From Acidimicrobiales bacterium (lineage in GTDB: Bacteria; Actinomycetota; Acidimicrobiia; Acidimicrobiales; RAAP-2): a stretch of DNA of 64,000 bases. The position numbers and the translations under genes are program-made. The DNA is taken from contig DASSZS010000054.1 in the NCBI GenBank assembly GCA_035702745.1, forward strand, positions 9,656 to 73,655, in the 5' to 3' direction. Of the stretch, positions 10,413 through 19,043 are shown in pieces (within the stretch, counting starts at the first letter, position 1; every line of letters begins with the position of its first letter). Below the pieces are notes generated by a model that was given only the letters and a program-made list of their open reading frames with translations, was not told the origin of the DNA and ran no database searches.

Positions 10413-10515
10413 GGGGCGATGGCGAGGCCCACCCCACGATCGCCGTGTCGCAGTGAGGGTTGGTGGGACCCGACCCCCACTGCGACACGGTGACCTCGTG
10501 GGGCCTCGTCGCCTC
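10413..10515. repeat. Long imperfect inverted repeat (about 100-nt hairpin) in the ppgK / kor intergenic region
   Basis: The perfect 13-bp core CCGTGTCGCAGTG (10443-10455) pairs with CACTGCGACACGG (10478-10490). It extends outward (GAGGCCC 10424-10430 / GGGCCTC 10501-10507; CACGA/TCGTG) and inward (GGGTTGG/CCGACCC). Confidence 0.85.
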
Positions 10516-10632
10516 TCGCGACGTCCTGCGCATCGCCCTGGACGAAGAGGGGTTCACGGGGCGCAGTACGCTACGGCTAACGGACCGCTGCCCCCCGGCG
10601 GGGACGGCGGCCCCTCGACGAGGGGAGTCGTA

Positions 10633-12438
10633 GTGGAACCGACGGACACGACGAGTCCCGACTACTACCACCGCGTCGTCGACTGCCAGTGGGCCTGCCC
10701 CGCCCACACCAACGTGCCCGGCTACATCCGCCTGATCGCCCAGGGTCGCGACACCGAGGCGTACTTGCTCAACCGAGAGTCGAACGTCTTTCCGGGCATC
10801 CTCGGACGTACGTGCGACCGACCGTGCGAGCCGGCGTGTCGTCGTTCGCGGGTCGACGGCGAGCCCGTCGCGATCTGCCGACTCAAGCGCGTGGCGGCCG
10901 ACCTCGCCGACGACGTGCGCGCCGCGCTAGCGCCGCTACCCTCATCGACCAACGGCCAGCGCGTGGCCCTGATCGGGGCCGGCCCCGCCTCGCTCACCGT
11001 GGCCAACGACCTCGCACCGCTGGGCTACGAGCTGACGCTGTTCGAGCGCTACGACCGGCCCGGCGGCCTCATGCGCACGAACATCCCCTCGTTCCGCCTG
11101 CCCGAAGAGGTCCTCGACGACGAGACCGCGGTCATCCTCGAGCGAGGCGTCGACGCGCGCTTCAACTCGCCGGTGACCAGCCTGCGGGCGCTGCGCGCCG
11201 CGGGCTACGACGCGGTCTTCGTCGGGGTCGGCGCACCCCGGGGCAAGGAGCTCGAGCTGCCCGGGCGCCACGACGCCCCCGACCAGGTCCACGTCGGCAT
11301 CGAGTGGCTCGAGTCGGTGGCCTTCGGTCACATCGACGAAGTCGGCGAGCGGGTGCTCATCATCGGGGTCGGCAACACCGCCATGGACTGCTGTCGCACG
11401 GCGCGCCGGCTCGGCGGCCAGGACATCAAGGTCATGGCCCGACGCCCCCGCGACTACTTCAAGGCCTCTCCCTGGGAGCTCGAAGACGCCGAGGAGGAGG
11501 GGGTGGAGATCGTCGTCAACCACGCCCCGACCCGCTTCATCGTCGAGGGGGGCCGCCTCACGGGAATGGAGTTCGAGGTCCTCGAGTGGGATGAGGGGGC
11601 GCGCCACAGCCGGGTCCTCGAGACGGTCACGGTGCCCTGCGACGACGTCATCGTGGCGATCGGCCAGGAGAACGCCTTCCCTTGGATCGAGCGCGACCTC
11701 GGCCTCGAGTTCGACGAGTGGGGCATGCCCGTCGTGGACACGACGACCTTCGAGTCCACCCTGCCCGGCGTCTTCTTCGGGGGTGACGCCGCCTGGGGGC
11801 CCAAGAACATCATCTGGGCCGTCGCCCACGGTCACCAGGCCGCGATCTCGATCGACCTGTTCTTGCGGGGTCTGTCCGTCGCGGACCGGCCCGCGCCGGA
11901 CTCGACCCTGGTCAGCCAGAAGATGGGCCTCTCCCAGTGGAGCTACCACAACGACTTCAACCCCTCGGCGCGCCAGAAGATGGAGCACCTCGAGCTGACC
12001 ACGCGTTTCAGCGCGCTCGATCTCGAGGTCGAGCTCGGCTTCAGCGCCGAGCAGACGGCGCGCGAGGTGCAGCGCTGCCTGAACTGCGACGTGCAGACCG
12101 ACTTCACCGCGAGCCTGTGCATCGAGTGCGACGCCTGCTTGGACATCTGCCCCGTGCAGTGCCTCACCATCACTCCCAACGGCCCCGAGGCCGAGCTCCG
12201 AGCGCGGCTCCGCGCGCCCGCCCTCCAGCCGGACCAGGCGCTCTTCGTCTCGCCCCCCCTACCCCAGACCGGGCGGGTGATGGTCAAGGACGAGAACGTC
12301 TGCGTGCACTGCGGATTGTGCGCCGAGCGGTGCCCGACCGCCGCCTGGGACATGGCGCTGTTCGACCTCGCGATTCCCTACGCCGGCTCCACCAATTTCA
12401 TCCCCGTCGGCACCCGACCCCTCGCGGAGGCCCCATGA
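10633..12438 (+). CDS. GltD-like FAD/NAD(P)H oxidoreductase with C-terminal 2x[4Fe-4S] ferredoxin domain (KorC-like)
   Basis: CQWACP and CDRPCEPACRR Fe-S motifs, IGAGPA and IIGVGNTAMD dinucleotide motifs, C-terminal CIECDACLDICP and CVHCGLCAERCP. It overlaps korA via ATGA. Confidence 0.88.
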   Translation: MEPTDTTSPDYYHRVVDCQWACPAHTNVPGYIRLIAQGRDTEAYLLNRESNVFPGILGRTCDRPCEPACRRSRVDGEPVAICRLKRVAADLADDVRAALAPLPSSTNGQRVALIGAGPASLTVANDLAPLGYELTLFERYDRPGGLMRTNIPSFRLPEEVLDDETAVILERGVDARFNSPVTSLRALRAAGYDAVFVGVGAPRGKELELPGRHDAPDQVHVGIEWLESVAFGHIDEVGERVLIIGVGNTAMDCCRTARRLGGQDIKVMARRPRDYFKASPWELEDAEEEGVEIVVNHAPTRFIVEGGRLTGMEFEVLEWDEGARHSRVLETVTVPCDDVIVAIGQENAFPWIERDLGLEFDEWGMPVVDTTTFESTLPGVFFGGDAAWGPKNIIWAVAHGHQAAISIDLFLRGLSVADRPAPDSTLVSQKMGLSQWSYHNDFNPSARQKMEHLELTTRFSALDLEVELGFSAEQTAREVQRCLNCDVQTDFTASLCIECDACLDICPVQCLTITPNGPEAELRARLRAPALQPDQALFVSPPLPQTGRVMVKDENVCVHCGLCAERCPTAAWDMALFDLAIPYAGSTNFIPVGTRPLAEAP

Positions 12439-14276
12439 CCCTCGAACTGACCCGCACCAGTGGTGTGAATGACTTCGCCCTGAAGCTCGCGAACGTCAAC
12501 GGCACCGGTTCGGCCAGCGCCAACAGCCTCCTCGTCCAGGCCATCTTCCGCATGGGCGTGCCGGTGTCGGGCAAGAACCTCTTCCCCTCCAACATCCAGG
12601 GTCTGCCCACGTGGTACGAGGTGCGCGTGAACGAGGACGGGTGGACGGCGCGCTCGCTCGACTACGACCTCGTCATCGCGATGAACGCCCAGACCTACGC
12701 CGACGACGTCGCTGAAGCCCGCGCGGGCGGCTACGTCCTCTACGACTCGACCTGGCCCCTCGGGCCCGAGCTCGCCCGCGACGACGTGACCTTCCTCGGG
12801 GTCCCGTTCGCCGCGTTGTGCCTCGAGAACTTCACCCAGCCGCGCGAGCGCATCCTCATGAAGAACGTCGCCTACGCCGGGGCGGTGGTGGCGCTGCTCG
12901 ACATCGACCTCGGAGTCGTCTCCGCTCTCCTCGACGAGACGTTCGTGCGTAACGCCGCGCTACGCGAGTCGAACCAGCGAGCGCTGCGTCTGGGCTACGA
13001 CTACGCCCTCGCGCACTTCGACTGCCCCCTGCCGTTCCGGGTGGAGGCCCGGAAGGAGACCGGGGAGTCCATCCTGATCGACGGCAACACCGCGGCCGCC
13101 CTAGGCGCCCTCTACGCCGGGGCGACCGTCGCCGGCTGGTACCCGATCACGCCGGCCACCGGGGTGATGGACAACTTCACCCGACTGTGCGCTCGCTACC
13201 GCCAGCGCGAGGTGCCCGGCGCGGGGCCCGACGGCGAGACCGAGATCCGTCACGACTACCTCATCATCCAGGCCGAGGACGAGATCGCCTCGATCGGCAT
13301 CGTCCTGGGTGCGGGCTGGAGCGGCGCGCGGGCCTTCACCTCGACCTCGGGACCGGGAATATCGCTCATGAACGAGCTCATCGGCCTGGGCTACTACACC
13401 GAGATCCCCGCGGTCATCGTCGACGTCCAGCGGGTGGGCCCGTCGACCGGGATGCCCACGCGCACCCAACAGGGCGACCTGCTGATGTGCGCCTACGCCT
13501 CTCACGGGGACACCCGACACATCCTCCTGATCCCGGCCGACCCCCGCGAGTGCTTCGAGTTCACCGCGCAGGCCTTCGACCTGGCCGAGCGGTTCCAGAC
13601 GCCGGTGTTCGTGTTGAGCGACCTCGACATCGGCATGAACGACTGGGTCGTGCCCCGCCTGACCTGGGACGACGCCTACCGACCCGACCGCGGCCGGGTG
13701 CTCGGCGACGCCGACCTCGCCACGATGCGCGAGTTCTACCGCTACACGGGCGAGGACGACGAGTTCGTCACCCCACGGACCCTTCCCGGCTCGGACGAGA
13801 AGGGGGCCTACTTCATTCGGGGTTCAGGCCACGACAAGTTCGGGCGCTACACCGAGTCCCCCGCCGAGTACCAGGAGGTCGTCGACCGGCTGAAGCGCAA
13901 ACACGCCGCGGCCGCATCCCGCGTGCCCGCGCCGATCATTGAGCGCCGCCCGGGCGCCACCGTCGGCATCGTGACCATAGGCAGTTGCGACCCCGCCGTT
14001 CGCGAGGCGGTCAGCGAGCTAGCGGACCGCGGCGTCGCGTGTGACCTGATGCGGGTGCGCGGATTCCCCTTCGTCGACGAGGTGCGCGACTTCGTCGAGT
14101 CGCACGCGCCGTGCTTCGTCGTCGAGATGAACCGCGACGCCCAGCTGCGCACGCTCATCTCGACCGAGACCGGGGTCCCGCCGGCCTCGATGATCCCGAT
14201 TCTCGTCTACGGCGGCTTCCCCTTGTCAGCCCGCCACGTCGTCGACGGGGTCCTGGCCCACCTGGAGAGTCACTGA
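12435..14276 (+). CDS. korA: 2-oxoacid:acceptor oxidoreductase alpha subunit (fused gamma-alpha)
   Basis: NVNGTGSASAN, WYPITPAT, QAEDEIAS, TSTSGPGISLM, VQRVGPSTGMPT motifs. Confidence 0.92.
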   Translation: MTLELTRTSGVNDFALKLANVNGTGSASANSLLVQAIFRMGVPVSGKNLFPSNIQGLPTWYEVRVNEDGWTARSLDYDLVIAMNAQTYADDVAEARAGGYVLYDSTWPLGPELARDDVTFLGVPFAALCLENFTQPRERILMKNVAYAGAVVALLDIDLGVVSALLDETFVRNAALRESNQRALRLGYDYALAHFDCPLPFRVEARKETGESILIDGNTAAALGALYAGATVAGWYPITPATGVMDNFTRLCARYRQREVPGAGPDGETEIRHDYLIIQAEDEIASIGIVLGAGWSGARAFTSTSGPGISLMNELIGLGYYTEIPAVIVDVQRVGPSTGMPTRTQQGDLLMCAYASHGDTRHILLIPADPRECFEFTAQAFDLAERFQTPVFVLSDLDIGMNDWVVPRLTWDDAYRPDRGRVLGDADLATMREFYRYTGEDDEFVTPRTLPGSDEKGAYFIRGSGHDKFGRYTESPAEYQEVVDRLKRKHAAAASRVPAPIIERRPGATVGIVTIGSCDPAVREAVSELADRGVACDLMRVRGFPFVDEVRDFVESHAPCFVVEMNRDAQLRTLISTETGVPPASMIPILVYGGFPLSARHVVDGVLAHLESH

Positions 14277-15331
14277 TGCCCTCGATAACCAAGCCCCTGA
14301 TCCCGCTCAACCCGTTGCCGCGTAACGACTTGGGGCTCACCGTGCGCGACTACGAGGGCGCGATGTCGACCCTGTGCGCGGGCTGTGGTCACGACTCGGT
14401 GACCGCCGCCATCACCTACGCCTTCTGGGAACTCTCCCTTCCCCCGCGCCAGATTGCCAAGCTGAGTGGGATCGGATGCTCCTCGAAGACCCCGACCTAC
14501 TTCGTGCGCGGCGCCCACGGCTTCAACTCCGCCCACGGCCGCATGGCGGCCATCGCGACCGGAGCGAGCGCCGCCAACCGCGAGCTCACCTACATCGGCA
14601 TCTCGGGCGACGGCGACTCCCTCTCGATCGGCCTCGGACACCTCCTCCACGCGATGCGGCGCAACGTGAACATGGTCTACGTGATCGAGAACAACGGCGT
14701 CTACGGGCTGACCAAGGGCCAGCTGTCCGCGTCGGCTGACGTCGGGTCGGCGCCGAAGAAGGGCGACCCCAACCTCCTCGCGCCGATCGACCCGATAATG
14801 GTCGGGCTCAGCGTGGGCGCGACGTTCCTCGCGCGCTCGTTCTCGGGCGACAAGGACCAGCTGGTGCCTCTACTCAAGGCGGCGGTCGCCCATCGCGGGT
14901 TCGCGGTCATCGACGTGATCTCGCCGTGCGTCACCTTCAACGACCACGAGAGCTCCACCAAGAGCTACCGCTTCGTGCGCGAGCACGAGGTCAAAGAGGT
15001 GCAGGCTGACTTCGTTCCGGTTCAGGCCCCGATCACGGCGACCGTGGGCAGCGACGTGGCGCGCGAGGTCGTCATGCACGACGGCAGCGTGATGCGCTTC
15101 CGCGCGGTCCCGGCGGGCTACGACCCGACCGATCGGCTCTCGGTGGAGTCCTACATCCGCGACCGTCAGACCCGCGGGGAGATCGCGACGGGACTGCTCT
15201 ACCTCGACGAGTCCCGGGCGGACCTCCACGAACTCAACCGCACCCCGCCCAACGCGCTCGCGAGCGTGCCCTACGAGACCCTCTGTCCCGGGGCCGACGA
15301 GCTCGACCGCCTCCAGGAGACCTTCCGGTGA
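14276..15331 (+). CDS. korB: 2-oxoacid:acceptor oxidoreductase beta subunit
   Basis: LCAGCGH, SGIGCSS, HGRMAAIATG, GDGDSLSIG, ENNGVYGLTKGQ, ISPCVTFN motifs. TGATG coupling to korA. Confidence 0.92.
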   Translation: MPSITKPLIPLNPLPRNDLGLTVRDYEGAMSTLCAGCGHDSVTAAITYAFWELSLPPRQIAKLSGIGCSSKTPTYFVRGAHGFNSAHGRMAAIATGASAANRELTYIGISGDGDSLSIGLGHLLHAMRRNVNMVYVIENNGVYGLTKGQLSASADVGSAPKKGDPNLLAPIDPIMVGLSVGATFLARSFSGDKDQLVPLLKAAVAHRGFAVIDVISPCVTFNDHESSTKSYRFVREHEVKEVQADFVPVQAPITATVGSDVAREVVMHDGSVMRFRAVPAGYDPTDRLSVESYIRDRQTRGEIATGLLYLDESRADLHELNRTPPNALASVPYETLCPGADELDRLQETFR

Positions 15332-15468
15332 GCGACGTCGGAATCGAGCCCGACGAGGGCGGCGAGGCCGCCTGCTACGCCCACCTCATCTGCCCCGAGT
15401 GCGGCGTCGCGCTCGGCGAACACGACCCGACGTCGTGTCGTACCGATTCCCGTGGGCTACCGGAGTGA
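15328..15468 (+). CDS. Small (46 aa) Cys/His-rich putative metal-binding protein, absent from the ORF track
   Basis: VSDVGIEPDEGGEAACYAHLICPECGVALGEHDPTSCRTDSRGLPE*. Its GTG overlaps the korB stop (GTGA). Confidence 0.7.
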   Translation: MSDVGIEPDEGGEAACYAHLICPECGVALGEHDPTSCRTDSRGLPE

Positions 15469-15540
15469 GAGTCCGAACTCTCGTGAACTGACGAAGAAAA
15501 CTTCATCCGACGCCCCCTCCGATGGGTAGTGTCGAAAGAC

Positions 15541-16203
15541 ATGGGGGATAATGCGGACGTGACCACAGTCGCCGTGGTTGACGACCACGTGATGGTGGCC
15601 GAGATGTTGGCCCTCACCATCACCCACGAGCCGGACCTGAGGCTCATCGGCGTCGCTCCCACCATCCAGGAGGCCTACGCCCTGGTTGACGCCGAAGTAC
15701 CCGACGTCATTCTCATGGACTACCGCCTCCCCGACGGTACGGGCATCGAGGCCGTGACGGCCATCCTCGAGCGCCACCCCGAGACCCGTATCGTCATGCT
15801 CACGGGCAGCGGCGACCACGCCCTTTTGGCGCGCGCCATCGAGGCCGGCTGCGTCGGACTGATCAACAAGGACCGTCCCGTCGGCGACGTCCTCGCCGCA
15901 GTGCGCGCGGCGGCGCGCGGCGAGCTCGTCATCCGATCCCACGAGTTCACCGGGCTGCTCGACCAGATCCGCAAGTCACCCGAGCAAAAGACCCAGCTCC
16001 TGACCTCCCGCGAGCTTGAGGTCCTCCAACTGCTCGCCAAGGGGCGCTCCACCGAGGGCATCGGCGACGACCTGTTCATATCGATCAACACCGTGCGCAA
16101 TCACGTGGCCAACATCCTGTCCAAGCTCGGGGTCCACTCCAAACTCGAGGCCGTCGCGATCGCCGCGCGCGAGGGGCTGATCAACCTCGCCGAGGGCGAC
16201 TGA
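15541..16203 (+). CDS. NarL/LuxR-family response regulator
   Basis: Receiver domain (VVDDH, ILMDYRLPDG) and LuxR HTH (LTSRELEVLQLLAKG...TVRNHVANILSKL). Confidence 0.95.
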   Translation: MGDNADVTTVAVVDDHVMVAEMLALTITHEPDLRLIGVAPTIQEAYALVDAEVPDVILMDYRLPDGTGIEAVTAILERHPETRIVMLTGSGDHALLARAIEAGCVGLINKDRPVGDVLAAVRAAARGELVIRSHEFTGLLDQIRKSPEQKTQLLTSRELEVLQLLAKGRSTEGIGDDLFISINTVRNHVANILSKLGVHSKLEAVAIAAREGLINLAEGD

Positions 16204-16330
16204 ACGTCCCCCCATTGTCAACGTCGACGCTCAGGCTCCTGAGACCTTCGCTACCATGGACGTGACGTTCGGCCGACTCCGGCGCCGACTCGGACACCCG
16301 ACGCCTCGGCCGACTGGACCGGGAGGACGC

Positions 16331-16792
16331 ATGTCGAAGAGGACAATCCGCGCAACACTGGGAGCGTTCGCCGTGGTGCTCGCGACCGCTGGGGTCGGAT
16401 GGCTCGGCGTAGGCGCCGCGAGCGCCGCGGGGGGACCGCACATCGTGGTGACCCCTCACCTCCGTCTCCACAACCGCCAGGTCGTCGAGGTGCGCGGCTC
16501 GGGCTTCAAGCCGGGCGACTCGGTGTACATCGTCGAGTGCCTGCGCAACGCCAAGGGCCAAGCTCAGTGCTACGTGCCCATGAGCCTGGGCGCGCTGCCC
16601 AAGGCGGTGACCATCACGGCGTCGGGCGCCTTGCCCACGACGCGCTTCATCGTGCGTACGGGCAAGATCGGCTCGGGGGTCTGCGGGACGACCAAGGTGA
16701 ACCTGGCGCGGTGCGCCGTCAGCGTCGGCAACGCCACGGGCGGCGACTCGACCTCGTTCCCCATCACCTTCGTGTTGCCTAAGAAGAAGTAG
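16331..16792 (+). CDS. Secreted neocarzinostatin-apoprotein-family (enediyne chromoprotein fold) protein
   Basis: Signal peptide ending ASA, then P-x-VTP-x2-L-xN-xQVVEVRGSGFKPG, C-x9-C, a second Cys pair and a C-terminal GNATGG-x5-PITF. These align with the NCS apoprotein pattern as I recall it. GGAGG RBS upstream. Confidence 0.78.
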   Translation: MSKRTIRATLGAFAVVLATAGVGWLGVGAASAAGGPHIVVTPHLRLHNRQVVEVRGSGFKPGDSVYIVECLRNAKGQAQCYVPMSLGALPKAVTITASGALPTTRFIVRTGKIGSGVCGTTKVNLARCAVSVGNATGGDSTSFPITFVLPKKK

Positions 16793-16864
16793 CCGTGACG
16801 GGCACGGGGGAGCTCGAGGGGCGGCCCCGGGAACCACGGGAGTGAGCCGGGCGGGGGTCAATCG

Positions 16865-18484
16865 GTGAGCGAAGAGGGAGAGGGCGTCGGATCAGGGATC
16901 GGCGCGCGGCTGCGTGAGGGCCGCGACCAGATCACGACGACCCTGAGGGCGCACTTCAGCTTCGCCTCGCTGCTGCTGGTCCTGTTCCTCACCTTCCTCG
17001 ACAACACGATCGCCAGCGCGGTCTTGACCAGCGTGCAGTCCGAGTTACACGCCGGGGTCACCGAGCTCCAGTGGGTCGTTGGCGGCTACGCGCTCGCCTT
17101 CGCCAGTCTGATGCTGATGGCGGGGTCCCTCGGCGACACCTTCGGGCGAAAGCGGGTGATGCTGATCGGCGTCGGGGTCTTCTGCGTCGGCTCGATCGTG
17201 TGCGCCGTGGCCCCCGACACGACCACTCTCATCGTCGGGCGCGTCGTCATGGGTGTGGGGGCCGCCGGATCCGAGCCGTCCACCCTCTCGATGATCCGCC
17301 ACATCTACCCCAACCGGCGGGCCCGGGCGCGGGCCCTCGGTGTCTGGGCGGCGGTGTCGGGTCTCGCCCTCGCCCTCGGTCCGGTGATCGGCGGGGTCCT
17401 CGTCGGGCTGTGGACGTGGCGCTCGGTCTTCTGGTTCAACCTGGTCTTCGGCGTGATCGCCTTCATCGTGTCGTCGGTCTCGCTCCAAGAGAGCGTCAAT
17501 GAGGAGCGCCGCAGCATCGACGGTGCGGGGTTCGTCCTGTCGTCGATCGCCCTGGCGCTCGCCACCTTCGCGACCATACGGGGCGAGACATGGGGCTACC
17601 GATCGAGTGGGGTCATCACGATGTACGCGATCGCCGGAGTCTCGCTCGTCGCCTACTTCGTCGTCGAGAGTCGCGTGCGCGACCCCATGCTCCAGGTCGC
17701 CTGGATCAAGAACCGGGCGTTCCTCGGCTCGACGGTCATCGCCTTCACGAGCTACTTCTCGATCTTCTCAATCTTCTTCTTCGTCGCTCTCTACCTCGAG
17801 GTGGTCGCGTCGGTAAGCGCCTACACCCTCGCGCTCGACTTCTTGCCCCTTTTGGGCGGCATGGTCGTGGCCTCTTTGGTCACGGGGAGGTGGGTGTCGC
17901 GCGTGGGTACCCGGTCTCCGCTGGTGCTGGGCTGTTTCCTGGCCGCGGCCGGCGTCCTACTCACCAACGTCGTCCTCACGCCCACCGTGGGCCTCGATCC
18001 GCTGGGCTGGACGATGGGACTGGCCGGCATCGGCTTCGGCATCGTCGTGGTGCCGATCAACCAGACCGCCCTGACCGCGATCCCCGCGACCCACTCGGGC
18101 ATCGCCGCCTCGACGATCAACACGAGTCGTGAGCTCGGTGCCGTGACCGGGGTGGCCATCTTGGGCTCCCTGGTGAACGGTCAGCTCACCGTTGACCTCA
18201 CCCGTCGCCTCGTCCAGCTGGGGATCCCGCCGGCCTACCGCCAGCTCGTCATCAACGCCGTCATCACCGGCTCGGTGAACAGCCAGGCCGCCGCCCAGGA
18301 GAAGATCTCCTCCGGCGCGGTGAAGAAGCTGATCGGTGAGGTCGTGCGCGCCGCCTACGGCGCCTTCTCCCACGGCCTCGACCTGGCCCTGACGGCGGCG
18401 GGCGTGCTCATGCTGGCGTCGGCGGTGATCGCCGACGCGACGGGCTCGAGCGACCGACGACCGCTCGTCGAGATCGAGTCCTAA
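16865..18484 (+). CDS. MFS transporter, DHA2 (EmrB/QacA) family
   Basis: FLDNTIAS, GSLGDTFGRKRV, GRVVMGVGAA, GPVIGGVL, WRSVFWFNL motifs, about 14 TM. Confidence 0.92.
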   Translation: MSEEGEGVGSGIGARLREGRDQITTTLRAHFSFASLLLVLFLTFLDNTIASAVLTSVQSELHAGVTELQWVVGGYALAFASLMLMAGSLGDTFGRKRVMLIGVGVFCVGSIVCAVAPDTTTLIVGRVVMGVGAAGSEPSTLSMIRHIYPNRRARARALGVWAAVSGLALALGPVIGGVLVGLWTWRSVFWFNLVFGVIAFIVSSVSLQESVNEERRSIDGAGFVLSSIALALATFATIRGETWGYRSSGVITMYAIAGVSLVAYFVVESRVRDPMLQVAWIKNRAFLGSTVIAFTSYFSIFSIFFFVALYLEVVASVSAYTLALDFLPLLGGMVVASLVTGRWVSRVGTRSPLVLGCFLAAAGVLLTNVVLTPTVGLDPLGWTMGLAGIGFGIVVVPINQTALTAIPATHSGIAASTINTSRELGAVTGVAILGSLVNGQLTVDLTRRLVQLGIPPAYRQLVINAVITGSVNSQAAAQEKISSGAVKKLIGEVVRAAYGAFSHGLDLALTAAGVLMLASAVIADATGSSDRRPLVEIES

Positions 18485-18491
18485 CCCGGCG

Positions 18492-18956
18492 CTAGGAGCC
18501 CTCGGCGCGCAGGCTCGCCTCGATCCCGTCGTTGAGCCGTCGCAAGAGCGAGGTGAGCGCCTCAACGTCGCTCGCGCTCCACTCCTGGCACAGCCGGGCG
18601 AGGGCCCGCGACCGACGCGCCTCCCGCTGGGCGAGGGCTCGACGGCCCCGTGGCGTCACCGTGAGCAGGGCGGCGCGCCCGTCGCGCGGATCCGGCCGGG
18701 TCGCCAGCAGTCCCGTGGCCACCATCTGGGCCACGTAGCGGCTGATGGAGGCCTTGGTGACGTGCAGCCGGTCAGCGAGCTCCGAGGCGCGAATCTGGCC
18801 GGCGTCGGCCACCTCGCGCAGGATCTCGAGCTGGAGCGGCCCCTCGGCCTCATCGAGGTGGTGGCGCAGCGGGCCGAGCAGCTGGCCGCGGCGCAGCCGA
18901 CCCCACTCGCGCTCCAGCGTCGTCGGCGCCGCGCCGGCCCCGGTCTCTCCCACCAC
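18492..18956 (-). CDS. MarR-family transcriptional regulator
   Basis: wHTH (ASELADRLHVTKASISRYV) and PDPRDGRAALLTVTPRG. Confidence 0.92.
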   Translation of the reverse strand: MVGETGAGAAPTTLEREWGRLRRGQLLGPLRHHLDEAEGPLQLEILREVADAGQIRASELADRLHVTKASISRYVAQMVATGLLATRPDPRDGRAALLTVTPRGRRALAQREARRSRALARLCQEWSASDVEALTSLLRRLNDGIEASLRAEGS

Positions 18957-18974
18957 GGTGCTAAGGTACCACGA

Positions 18975-18993
18975 TAGTTACAGGAGGTAACTA
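18975..18993. promoter_or_regulatory. Putative MarR operator TAGTTAC-N5-GTAACTA
   Basis: Perfect AT-rich 7-5-7 palindrome between the divergent -10 elements of marR (18968-18963) and the hydrolase operon (TAGCCT 18995-19000). Confidence 0.7.
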
Positions 18994-19043
18994 ATAGCCT
19001 CCGGCGCCCCGTCCCGACCGGGACGACCAGGAAAGGACAACGC

